Source: Mobula hypostoma (lineage: Eukaryota). Taken from it: 64,000 nucleotides of DNA. Both the position numbers and the translations under genes were made by a program. The stretch covers positions 3,660,001 to 3,724,000 of the forward strand of contig NC_086101.1 of the NCBI RefSeq assembly GCF_963921235.1. Reading direction: 5' to 3'. Under the pieces are notes generated by a model. It was not told the DNA's origin. It saw only the letters and a program-made list of their open reading frames with translations, and searched no databases. Positions 36,001 through 48,800 of this stretch are shown piece by piece. Position 1 is the first letter of the stretch; every line of letters starts with the position of its first letter.

Positions 36001-39000
36001 AATTGCTCCAGTTATTCTGCCTTCACCCTGTCGGGACGGAGTGCGTCAACAGATACCAGGTACACACTCGCTGCTCCCCACTGTCCAGCAGGAGTTGTGG
36101 AGAATTACTCTCCTTGTTCTCAGTGTGGGAATGTCAATACCGGGAGTAAATATAAGGTGAGAGGAGAGGTTTAGAGGAGATTGATGAGGTACACAGAGAA
36201 TGGTCGGTGACTGGAACGTGCTGTCAGGGGAGGTGGTGGAAACAGATACAACAACAACATTTCAGTCACATTTAGACAAACACATGAACAGACAGGGAAT
36301 GGAGGGTTGTGGACCATGTACAAGTAGATGGGATGAGATTGAATTGGCACAATGTTCAGCACAGATTTGTGGGCCAAATGGCCTGTTCCTGTGTTTTATT
36401 GTTCAATGTTCTACGTTCAGCAGTTGTGGCCACAGTAGTCAACAACAGCTGGTATTTAGGTACAGTCGCTGTGTAAATACAGTAAAGTGTCCCGTGCGCT
36501 TACACAGAAGCGTTTCTCACTGAATACAAAAACAATGAATACAACAAACTCTGCATACTGTTACATGCGTTGGAGACAGTGGAGTGAATACAGTCAACAC
36601 GGGGTACAGAGGATGCTCTACACAGAGTGTATTGGTTACCGCTCCCCGTGTAATCCCACAGACAGAAGAACAAAAAATGAAAAGACAGAAAGATCGATTT
36701 GTGTTTGATGAAAGTAAGAAACAGGACAAGAAGTGGCCATTCATCCCCTTTCACCTGTTCTACTCTTCACTCAGAACTTGGCTGATCATTGACCTCAGTG
36801 CCAATTTCCTGCACCCATCATCGCTGTGCCCTTTAAATCCAGAAATCTTTTATACAGAATTCCACCGCACACTTGGTGAGGAATTTTTCCTCATCTCACT
36901 CCTGCTGAGGCGACCTCTGATTGTCAGTCTGTGCCCCTGGTTCCACACCCCATCCAGGGGAAACATCATTCCTGCCTCTACCCTGTCAATACCCAGTGAG
37001 ACTGTGTCTGTGCCAGTGAGACCACCTCTTATTCTTCTAATTATGAGACAGTCTCAGTCAGTGTAATATCCCCGAGGACACAACGTGAAGGATAAAGCTT
37101 TAAAGTAAGAGGGTCAAAGATGAACCAGGATGTTCAAGGCATGTGTTTCGACACAATGAGTGATATCTTCCTGGAATGTGCGGCTGGGATGGGGAGTGGT
37201 GGAATCAGATACGATCGTGATGTTTAACAGACATTTAAACAGGGAATTGAACAGACAGGAAATGGAGGATATGGATCATTTGCAGGCAAACGTGCTGACA
37301 TCATGGTCAGCATAGACAGCGTGGGCAGAATGGCATGTTCCTGTGCTGTACTGCTCTGTGTTCAGTGTTTGAAATATCACAGCCAGGGAGTCAGCAATTT
37401 CGTCCCTGGATTCCCAGCATGACAGTGGATACACTGGGTCAGACCCTGGGATTTATCCAGCTTTGTGTGTTTAAGCTGGCCAGCCTCCTGTGTAGTGTTG
37501 TTATGTTTCAGGACATTCGTATTCTCCTCCCTGAATTCCCCAGCTTCCATCACCTTCTCCATAGTAAATACAGATGAGAAGTATTTGTTTCAGACCTCAC
37601 CCATCTGCTGTGTCTCCACACAAAGATGACCACACTGATCCTTCAAGGGACATATTCCATCACCAGTTACCCTTTTGTTTTCCACAGACTCAAAGAATAT
37701 TTTTGGAATCACCTTTATCTGACCTGCTAAAGCTATCTCGTGTCCCCTTTATGACCATCTGATTTTCCCCTTTTAGTGTTCTACTACACCCCTTCTCCTC
37801 CTTGAGGACCCCGGCCTCGTTCCCCTGACACACGACTCCATCCTGACCAGAGCCTCAATGACCCTCATCAGAAAGGGTTCCCTCATCCCTCCAGTCTCAC
37901 CATTCACTCTAACAAGGACAGGCTGATCCTGAACCTTTACAAACTCAGTTTTAAAGCCGCTCACTTGCCAGATGTCTGTTTACTTGTGACCACCCTCCTG
38001 TTCTACACCTCTATTCATTCCCCGACCCCTTCTATCCTCCCTCAGTTCAGTCTGTTCACTGCTCTGAACATCAGAAATAGCAGCAAGAGGAGGCTGTTCA
38101 GCCCCTCACACCTGCTGTCCCATTGAATAAGATCAAAACCACCTCACTGAGCTACAGATGCAAAGGACGTGACAGAAGTGGAGGTGAGAGAGGAGGGGGA
38201 GTTGTGATGTTGATGAGGGAGAACATCATCACAGCACTTAGAGAGATCCTTGTGGGGATAAACATTTGTTTGTGATAGGAGGCAGAGGGTGGTGCCATGG
38301 TCAGTAATTTTTATGGATGTGAGGTGAGAGTGGAAAACATTTAAGAAGAGCTGAAGAGAAACATTTTCCACAGGGAAGATGGAAAAAGCTGCAAGTGGAT
38401 GTGAATTTGAACAGAAATCTTGCTGAAATCATATTCACCTCATTATCAAACAATCAATCGCATTTCTTTTATGTTCTGATATATAGACTAAAATATTAAT
38501 GATTTGGATGAGAATGTGGGTGAGCTGATCAGTAAACTTGCAGATGGTGGACAGTGAAGGTGTTTAATTATCATTCGAACATACCATATGACCATAACAT
38601 ATAGAAGCTCAATGGCCCACTGAGTCCGCTCTGCTATTTCAACCTGGCTGATCCAATTTTCCTCTTTGCCCCAATCTCCTGCCTTCTCCCCGTGTCCCTT
38701 CATGTCCAGACCAATCAAAAATCTATCAACCTCTGTCTTAAATATACATAAAGACTTGACCTCCACAGCTGCCTGTGGCAAAAACATTCCACAGATTCAC
38801 CACCCTCTGGCTGAAGAAATGTCTCCTCATCTCCATTCTTAAAGGACGCCCCTACATTCTGAAGCTGTGTCTTCTGGTTTTAGACTCTCCTACCATAGGA
38901 AACATCCTCTACACATGCACTCTATCATAACGGCCTTTCACCATTTGATAGTTTGCAATGAGACTGCAGGGTGACCTTACAGAGGTGTATAAAATTGTGA

Positions 39001-39883
39001 GTGACACAGATGCCAAAGACTATCACAAATGGAAACATTTTAATGGGTTGCCTCACCATCTAGTACGGAGGGGTCACTGCACAGGACTGGGAAAAGCTGC
39101 AGAAAGTTGGAAACACACCAAGCTCCATCATGGACATTGGTGTCCCCAGCATTGATTATATCTTCAGCAGGTGATGCCTCAGAAAGGTGGCACCCGTCAT
39201 TCAGGACCCCCAGTCACCCAGGACAGACCCCTTCTGATTGCTGTCATCACGGGGGAGGTACTGGAGCCTAAAGACACACACTCAGTGTTTTTGGAACAAT
39301 ATCTCCCCTTCCACCGTCAGATTTCCGTATGGACAGTGAACCCCAGAACAGTTCCTCAACTCTTTTCTCCTTTTGCACGAGGTACTAATTTTTATTTTAT
39401 ATACATTTCTTCTTGTAACTTAATAGTTGATTATCATTATTATGTATTGCACTGTACAGCTGAAGATGTGCAGAGGGTGCAGGGATTTACAGGACGCTGC
39501 CTCGATTAGGGAGCATGTTTAATGAGGAAAGGTTGAGCGAGATAGATTTCACAGCAGTCAAAACTGCCCAATGAGTCACGGTCATCAACGACATATATTC
39601 AGAAAGGTGCTGGAAAAGGGCCAGGAACATCATGAAGGAACACACACACCTTGCTCACGAACTGGTTGTCCCACTCCCGTCAGGGAGGAGGCTATGTAGC
39701 ATCCACGTCAGGACAACCAGACTCAGAAACAGTGACTTTCCCCAAGCAGAAAGACCGAACAACACCTCCACTCACTAACCCTCCCCTGCAATCTACCACC
39801 AGCACTACTTTATCATTTCCTGTCAGAGTCAACTTATGTACGGCCACTTTTGCCCTGGGAAAAATAAAAACATAGAAATCCTA

Positions 39884-40226
39884 CGAGGGGTGATTGATAT
39901 GTTCGTGGCCTAAGGTAGAAGCAGTCAATTTAAAAAAACTTCAAACTTTCTGGATAATCGGAAGAGTTGCACTGCACGTGCATGTAACGAGAGCTGTATA
40001 ACTCATCTCCTTCCACCTTTCACCACGAACGTATCAATCACCCCTGCTGTGGACCACTACTGGAGGTCCAAGATGCCAACTTCAACAAAGAAGGGATTCG
40101 TATGCTCCACGACCGCTGGACTAAGTGTGTAAATGTAGGATGGGACTATGTTGAAAAATAAATGTGCTAGGTTTTCTAAAATTGGCTCCTTCTACCTTAG
40201 GCCACGAACATATCAATCACCCCTCG
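39884..40226 (+). mobile_element. Non-autonomous mariner element (MITE-like, 343 bp)
   Basis: 38-bp perfect TIR CGAGGGGTGATTGATATGTTCGTGGCCTAAGGTAGAAG with TA on both sides; transposase C-terminus KEGIRMLHDRWTKCVNVGWDYVEK*. Confidence 0.92.
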
Positions 40227-40329
40227 TAGGTTTTCGATGTTTTTATTTTTCTCAGGGCAAAAGTGGCCAATACCAGTGGACATCCATTTGAGGTGACTGA
40301 AGGAAAGTTCAGGGAAGATGTCAGAGGAA

Positions 40330-42200
40330 TGGTTTCGGAATTCTGAGAGTATTTGTAGAATGACACCAGATATATTTTTTGAAGAACAGCTTGTGGTTGA
40401 GAGCACCGGGGAATCTGCTATTCTTAGATTGAGTGTTCTATAATGAGCTTGATTTGATTTGGGAGCTTGAGGTAAAGGAATCCTTTGGAGACTGTGATCA
40501 TAATCTGATATAATTCACCCTGCAATTTAACGGGGAGAGGTGAAAGTCTGATATATCAGTATTACAGTGGTGTAAAGACAATTACAGACGCCTGAGAGAG
40601 GAGCTGGCCAAATTTGATTGGAAAGGTACACAAGCAGGGATAACAGCAGATGGAGTTTCTGGGAGCAATTTGGAAGGCACAGGATAGATACATTCCAAAG
40701 AAAAAGCAGTATTCTAAAGGTAGGATGACTCAACCATGGCTGACAAGGGAAGTTAAAGCCAACTAAAAGTAAAAGAGAGGGTGTAAAACAGAGCGAACAT
40801 TGGTGGTAAGTTAGAGAATTGTAAAATTTTAAAACAACTGAAAAAGCAACTGTAAAGCAATAAGGAGGGAAAAGATGAAATATGAAGGTATGCTGGCCAA
40901 CAATATGAAAGTGGATACTAAAATTTTTTTGGAAATATCAGGAGTAAAAAGAGGCAAGAGTACATTTGCATCATTGGAAAATGACACTGAAGAGGTGGTA
41001 AAGGGGGACACGGAAATGGTGGATGAACTGAATCTGTATTTTTCATTACTCTTCACTGTGGAAGACCCTGTGGTATGCTGGAAGCTTAAGGATATCAGAG
41101 GGCAGAAATAAGTATCATTGCTATTTCTAGGGAGAAGGAGGGTGAAACTGAAAGGTCTGAAGGTAGATAAGTCACCTGCACCAGATGGACTAAATCCCAG
41201 GATTCTGATAGAGATAGCTGAAGAGAATGTGGAGGCATTAGTAATGATGATTCAGAATTCACTATATTCTGGAATGGTTCCTGAGGACCGGAAAATTACA
41301 AAATGTCATTCCAGCATTAAATGACCTGGATAAAGAAGTGGAGGGATGGGTTCGTAAATTTGCTGATGACGCAAAGATTTGAGGTGTAGTGGACAGTGAG
41401 GACGGCTATCAGAGTTTACAGCGGGAGATCGATAGGATGCAAAACTGGGCTGAGAAGTGGCAGATGGAGTTCAACCCAGGTAAGTGTGAGGCGGTTCATT
41501 TTGGTAGGTCAAATATGATGGCAGAATATAGGCATAATAGTAAGACTCTTGGCAGTGTGGAGGATCAGAGGGATCTTGGGGTCCGAGTCCATAGGATACT
41601 CAAGGCTCCTACGCAGATTGACTCTGTGGTTAAGAAGGCATATGGTGCATTGTTGCAGCTATATAGGACCCTGGTCAGACCCCACTTGGTGTACTGTCCA
41701 CAATTTTGGTCGCCTCGCTGCAGGAAGGACGTGGAAACTGTAGAAAGGATGCAGAAGAGATTTACAAGGATGTTGCCTGGATTGGGGAGCATGCTTTATC
41801 ACAATAGGTTGAGTGAACTCGGAGTGACGGAGGATGAGAGGTGACCTGATAGAGGAGTACAAGATAAGGAGAGGCATTGATCATGTGGATAGTCAGAGAC
41901 TTTTTCCCAGGGCTGAAATGGCTAGCACGATAGGGTATACTTTTAAGGTGCTTGGAAATAGGTACAGAGGAGATGTCACGCAGAGAGTGGTGAGTGAGTG
42001 GAATGGGCTGCCGGCGGCAGTGGTAGAGGCGAAAACGATCGGGTCCTTTAAGAGACCCCTCGTTGGGTACATGGATCTTCAGAAAATAGAGGGCTGTGGG
42101 TAAGCCTCGGAAGTTCTAAGGTAAGGACATGTTCGGCACAACTTTGTGAGCCGAAGGGCCTGTATTATGTTGTCGGTGTTTATGTTTCAGTGTTTCTAAG
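40330..42200 (+). mobile_element. Degenerate and chimeric CR1 fragments
   Basis: KVDKSPAPDGLNPRIL, KFADD region, WAEKWQMEFN, LFPRAEMAS; tail near 42190. Confidence 0.8.
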
Positions 42201-42307
42201 ACACTCGTGAGACTACATTTAGATTACTGTGTGCAGTTTTGAGCTCCTTAATTTAGAAAGGATACACTAACATTGGCACAAGGAAATCACAGTTACTGGA
42301 AATTCAA

Positions 42308-43522
42308 GCAACACACATCAAAGTTGCTGGTGAACGCAGCAGGCCAGGCAGCATCCCTAGGAAGAGGTACAGTCGACGTTTCAGGCCGAGACTCTTCGCC
42401 AGGACTAACTGAGAGAAGAGCTAGTAAGAGATTTGAAAGTGGGAGGGGGAGGGGGAGGGGGAAATCCGAAATGATAGGAGAAGACAGGAGGGGGAGGGAT
42501 GGAGCTAAGAGCTGGAAAGTTCATTGGCAAAAGGGATACCAGGCTGGAGAAGGGAGAGGATCCTGGGACGGGAGGCCTAGGGAGAAAGAAAGGGGGACGG
42601 GAGCGCCAGAGGAAGATGAAGAGCAGTCAAGGAGTGATTGTGAGAGGGGCAGACAGAGAAAAAAAGGAAAATAATATAAATAGAAATAAATAAAAAATAA
42701 ATAAATAAATGTTGGGGTAAGAACGTCAGGAGGTGCATTAACGGAAGTTAGAGACGTCAGTGTTCATTCCATCAGGTTGGAGGCTACCCAGACGGGATAT
42801 AAGATGTTGTTCTTCCAACCTGAGAGTGGCTTCATCTTTACAGCAGAGGAGGCCGTGGATAGACATATCAGAATGGGAATGGGACATGGAATTAAAATGT
42901 GTGGCCACTGGGAGATCCTGCTTTCTCCGGCAGACAGAGCGTAGGCCACACAGTTTAATTCCACGTCCCATTCCCATTCTGATATGTCTGTCCACGGCCT
43001 CCTCTACTGTCAAGATGAAATTACACTCAGGCTGGAGGAACAACACCTTGTATTCCGTCTGGATAGCCTCCAACCTCATGGCATGGACATTGACTTCTCT
43101 AACTTCTGTTAATGCCCCTCCTCCCGTTCTTACCCCATTCCTCATTAATTTATTTATTATTTATTTTTTCCCCTTTCTTTCTCCCTTTTCTCCCTCTGTC
43201 CACCTCACAATCACTCCTTGCCTGCTCTCCATCTTCCTCTGGCACTCCCCTCCCCCTTTCTTTCTCCCTTGGCCTCCCGTCCCATGATCCACTCCCTTCT
43301 CCAGCCTTCTATCCCTTTTGCCAATCAACCTTCCAGCTCTTAGCTCTATTCCTCTCCCTCCTGTCTTCTCCTATCATTTCGGATCTCCCCTCCCCGTTTC
43401 AAATCTCTCACTATCTCTTCTTTCAGTTCGTGCTGACGAAGGGTCTCGGCCCATAATGTCGCCTGTACCTCTTCCTATGGATGCTGTCTGGCCTGCTGCG
43501 TTCCACCAGCATTTTGTGTGTA
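42308..43522. mobile_element. Inverted pair of Penelope-like element 3' ends (GIY-YIG C-terminus plus pLTR)
   Basis: The left arm (-) encodes DLPVATHFNSMSHSHSDMSIHGLL...LRLEEQHLISRLGSLQPDGMN. The right arm (+, from about 42945) is the same region inverted. Both end in hammerhead-like pLTR sequence. Confidence 0.85.
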
Positions 43523-45061
43523 TTACTAACATCGGAGAGGGTTCAGAGAAGATTCATGAGAATGTTTGCAGGAATGAAAGGGTTACCGTATGAGGAACAT
43601 CTGGCAGCTCCTGGGCGGTGTTCTCTGTCGTTCAGGAGAATGGTGGGGGGATCTCATAGAACCATTCCAAATTTTAAAAGACCCGAACAGATTAGATATA
43701 ACAAAGTTACTTCCCGTGATAGGGGCATCTCGGACAAGAGGGCACGACTTCAGGATTGAAGGACGTCAATTTTGAACAGAGATGCGGAGAAATTACTTTA
43801 GTCAGAGGGTGGTAAATCTGTGGAGTTTGTTGCCATGAGCGGCTGTGGAGGCCAAGTCATTGGGTGCATTTAAGGCAGAGATAGATAGGTTCTTGATTAG
43901 CCAGGGCATCAAAGGGTATGGGGAGAAGGCAGGGGAGTGGGGACGACTGGAAGAATTGGATTAGCCGATAATTGAGGGTGGAGCAGACTCGATGGGCCGA
44001 ATGGCCGACTGCTCCTCTGTCTTATGGTTTTGAGACACACTCAGCATTTCAGGAACAGCTTCGTCCACTCCGCCATCAGATTTCTGAATGGACAATGAAC
44101 CCAGCAACACTTCCTCAGTATTTTCCCTCACTTTCTGCACGACCTTTAAAATTTATTTTAATTTTATTGTAATTTATATTTTTATTACTATGTATTGCAA
44201 TGTACTGCTGCCACAAAACAACAAATTTCACCACATATGCTGGAAATATTAATCCTGATTCTGATACACAAACCACACAGCTGGGCTCAGGCTCCCACAT
44301 ACCCCGCTTTGTGTCTCTCTGCGTACTCTGTGGCTGTCGGTCTGAAGCTCCAACTGTTGCAACACCTGCCCTTCCAATTCATGTCTGAGGGGGTTGTATC
44401 TGTTCACTGTTTGAGTTCTGCATTAAACAGACAGCATTGACTGGGAAGGAAAGTTTGAATACAAGAATACAGTTCTCCTCTGAAGTTATTTGAGGTCCAG
44501 CTGAGAGCGGACATGGAACACTGTGCACAGGTCTGGTCTCCCTCCCAGAGTCAGCCTGCGGGATGAAGGGAATGAAAAGGTTTCCCAGATTGATTTGGGG
44601 GTGAGTTCGTGTCCTCAAAGAGATTATCCTGACTGGGACTGTCTGAGAATTAGAGAAATAAGAAGTGGTCTCACTGCCACAGACACAGTCTCACAGAATA
44701 TTGACAGGTTAGAGGCAGGAGTGATGTTCCCCCTGTGGGTGTGAAACTAGGGGTCAGAGACTCAGAACAAGAGATCACCTCAGCAGCACTGAGATGAAGA
44801 GAAATTTTCTCACCTTGAGTGCGGTGAATCCTTAGAAGTTTCTCCACGAGGTTTCTAAATTCAAAAGGTAAATTCAGGGGCTCAGCGAGGGTGGGAAGTT
44901 TGGAGGAAAGAGGCACTGAGGTCAAAGATCAGCCATGCTCTGAGTGAAGGGTTGAGCTGGCGCAAGGGACCGGATGGCCACGCCTGCTCCTATTTCTTAT
45001 TTTCTAAAACACGAGTTTAGCTTTCTGTCTCGTTCACCCTTGCCGTCAGTCTGTCGGATTG

Positions 45062-45472
45062 CACAGGAGAGAGGTGAGAGCACCGGAGACCCATCAGCAG
45101 CCGCTGCGGCGCAGCTCCGGTCTCCCAGCAGCAGGAAGCGGGTTTCGGGGGCAGCTGCAGACAACAGTCCCCGATCCCCCGGGGAGAAAGGCCGGACACC
45201 CTCCGTGTAGCTGAACCATCTCATGCAATCCCCGCAGTTTCTTCATCTCCGCAATCGGAAGGATTGAAAACCCCGGCCGGTGTCGCAGCTTTGCCCGAGG
45301 AGCGTCTGCCGATCTACGGCCTCGCCACCGGTCCAGTCGCTCCCGTTTCCAAACACCGGACCGCATTCCGCCCAGAGCGCTCTGCGTCCCGCCCACTGAC
45401 ACTGGGCGGGGCTGACCGCAGCCAATGAGAGCCAGCTTCTCCCAGCAGTGCTCGCTGATTGGCTGTGAGTGT
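45062..45472. promoter_or_regulatory. CpG-rich promoter-like element, copy 2
   Basis: GGGCGGGG at 45404-45411, CCAAT at 45422-45426 and ATTGG at 45458-45462, all conserved with copy 1. Confidence 0.55.
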
Positions 45473-45781
45473 GCCTGAGAACGATGTTCTCCGAAACTCA
45501 GAAGCTCGAAGTACATTTTATCTTCAGAGTATTGCGCATGGCAAAGTGTTAAGGTGTCGGGTCTAGTGATCTGAGTGGTCGCTAGTTCGAGACTCAACTA
45601 CAGTGACATTTCCCTCTTCCTTCTCCCCGGGCCTCCTGTCCCATGTTCCTCTCGTATCCCTCTTGCCAATCACCTGTCCAGCTCTTGGCTCCATTCCCTC
45701 CCCCTCCCGCCTTCTCCCATCATTTTGGATCTCCCCCTCCCCCTCCCACTTTCAAATCTCTTACTAGCTCTTCCTTGAGTT

Positions 45782-45817
45782 AGTCCTGACGAAGGGTCTC
45801 GGCCTGAAACGTCGACT
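45782..45817 (+). ncRNA. Minimal hammerhead-ribozyme-like motif in a Penelope-like pLTR
   Basis: AGTC-CTGACGA-AGGGTCTCGGCCT-GAAA-CGTC-GACT: 4-bp stem I, intact cores, predicted cleavage after C45813. Confidence 0.65.
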
Positions 45818-45820
45818 GTA

Positions 45821-48800
45821 CATAGAACATAGAACATCTAACATAGAATAGTACAGCACAGTAGAGGCCCTTCGGGCCACAATGTTGTGCCGACCCTCAA
45901 ACCCTGCCTCCTATATAAGCCCCCACCTTAGATTCCTCCATATACCTGTCTAGTAGTCTCTTAAACTTCACGAGTGTATCTGCCTCCACCACTGACTCAG
46001 GCAGTGCATTCCACGCACCAACCACTCTCTGAATAAAAAACCTTCCTCTAATATCCCCCTTGAACTTCCCACCCCTTACCTTAAAGCCATGTCCTCTTGT
46101 ATTGAGCAGTGGTGCCCTGGGGAAGAGGCTCTGGCTATGCACTCTATCTACTCCTCTTATTATTTTGTACACCTCTATCATGTCTCCTCTCATCCTCCTT
46201 CTCTCCAAAGAGTAAAGCCCTAGCTCCCTTAATCTCTGATCATAATGCATACTTTCTAAACCAGGCAGCATCCTGGTAAATCTCCTCTGTACCCTTTCCA
46301 ATGCTTCCACATGCTTCCTATCGTGAGGTGACCAGAACTGGACACAATACTCCAAGTGTGGCCAAACCAGAGTTTTATAGAGCTGCATCATTACATCGCG
46401 ACTCTTAAACTCTATCCCTCGACTTGTGAAAGCTAACACCCCATAAGCTTTCTTTACCCTATCCACCTGTGAGGCAACTTTCAGGGATCTGTGGACATGT
46501 ACCCCGAGATCCCTCTGCTCCTCCACACTACCAAGTATCCTGCCATTTACTTTGTACTCTGCCTTGGAGTTTGTCCTTCCAAAGTGTACCACCTCACACT
46601 TCTCTGGGTTGAACTCCATCTGCCACTTCTCAGCCCACTTCTGCATCCTATCAATGTCTCTCTGCAATCTTTGAAAATCCTCTAAACTATATACAATACC
46701 ACCAATCTTTGTGTCGTCTGCAAACTTGCCAACCCACCCTTCTACCCCCACATCCAGGTCGTTAATAAAAATCACAAAAAGTAGAGGTCCCAGAACAGAT
46801 CCTTGTGGGACACCACTAGTCACAATCGTCCAATCTGAATGTGCTCCCTCCACCATCACCCTCTGACCTCTGCAGGCAAGCCAATTCTGAATCCACCAGG
46901 CCAAACTTCCCTGGATCCCATGTCTTCTAACTTTCTGGATAAGTCTACCGTGTGGAATCTTGTCAAATGCCTTACTAAAATCCATATAGATCACATCCAC
47001 TGCACTACCCTCGTCTATATGCCTGGTCACCTCCTCAAAGAACTCTACCAGGCTTGTTAGACATGATCATCCCTTCACAAAGCCATGCTGACTGTCCCTG
47101 ATCAGACTATGATTCTTTAAATGCCTATAGATCCTATCTCTAAGAATCTTTTCCAACAGCTTTCCCACCACAGACGTAAGGCTCACTGTTCTATAATTAC
47201 CTGGACTATCCCTACTTCCTTTTTTGAACAGGGGAACAACATTCGCCTCCCTCCAATCCTCCGGTACCATTCCCGTGGACAACGAGGACATAAAGATCCT
47301 AGCCAGAGGCTCAGCAATCTCTTCTCTCGCCTCGTGGAGCAGCCTGGGGAATATTCCGTCAGGGCCCGGGGACTTATCTGTTCTAATGTATTTTAACAAC
47401 TCCAACACCTCCTCTGCCTTAATATCAGCATGCTCCAGAACATCAACCTCACTCATATTGTCCTCACCATCATCAAGTTCCCTCTCATTGGTGAATACTG
47501 AAGAGAAGTATTCATTGAGGACCTCGCTCACTTCCACAACCTCCAGGCACATCTTCCCACCTTTATCTCTAATCAATCCTACCTTCACTCCTGTCATCCT
47601 TTTTTTCTTCACATAATTGAAGAAGGTCTTGGGGTTTTCCTTTACCCTACTCGCCAAGGCCTTCTCATGCCCCCTTCTTGCTCTTCTCAGCCCCTTCTTA
47701 CGCTCCGTTCTTGCTTCCCTATATTCCTCAATAGACCCAGCTGATCCTTGCTTCCTAAACCTCATGTATGCTGCCTTCTTCCTCCTGACTAGATTTTCCA
47801 CCTCACTTGTCACCCATGGTTCCTTCACCCTACCATTCTTTATCTTCCTCACCGGGACAAATTTATCCCTAACATCCTGCAAGAGATCTCTAAACATCGA
47901 CCACATGTCCATAGTACATTTCCCTGCAAAAACATCATCCCAATTTACACCCTCAAGTTCTAGCCTTTTAGCCTCATGATTTGCCTTTCCCCAATTAAAA
48001 ATTTTCCTGTCCTCTTTGATTCTATCCTTTTCCATGATAATTATAAAGGCCAGGGAGCGGTGGTCACTGTCCCCCAGATGCTCACCCACTGAGAGATCTG
48101 TGACCTAACCCGGTTCATTACCTAATACTAGATCTAGTGTGGCATTCCCCCTGGTCGGCCTGTCCACATACTGTGACAGGAATCCATCCTGGACACACTT
48201 AACAAACTCTGCCCCATCTAAACCCTTGGAATTAATCAGGTGTCAATCAATATTAGGGAAGTTGAAGTCACCCATGATAACAACCCTGTTATTTTTGCAC
48301 CTTTCCAATATCTGCCTCCCAATCTGCTCCTCTGCATCTCTGCTGCTCCCAGGGGGCCTGTAGAATACCCCCAGTAGAGTAACTGCTCCCGTCCTGTTCC
48401 TGACTTCCACCCATATTGACTCAAAAGAAGATCCTGCTGCATTACGCACCCTTTCTGTAGTGTAATAGTATCCCTGACCAGTAATGCTACCCCTCCTCCC
48501 CTTTTTCCGCCCTCTCTATCCCTTTTAAAGTACTGAAATCCAGGAATATTGAGAATCCATTCCTGCCCTGGTGCCAGCCAAGTCTCTGTAATGGCCACTA
48601 CATCATAATTCCATGTATGTATCCAAGCTCTCAGTTCATCACCTTTGTTCCTGATGCTTCTTGCATTGAGGTACACACATTTCAGCCCTTCTACCTTACT
48701 GTCTTTACACCGTTTATTCTGCTTCTCTTTCCTCAAAGCCTCTCTATATGTTAGATCTGGCTTTACTCCATGCACTTCTTTCACTGCTCTATCGCTCTGG

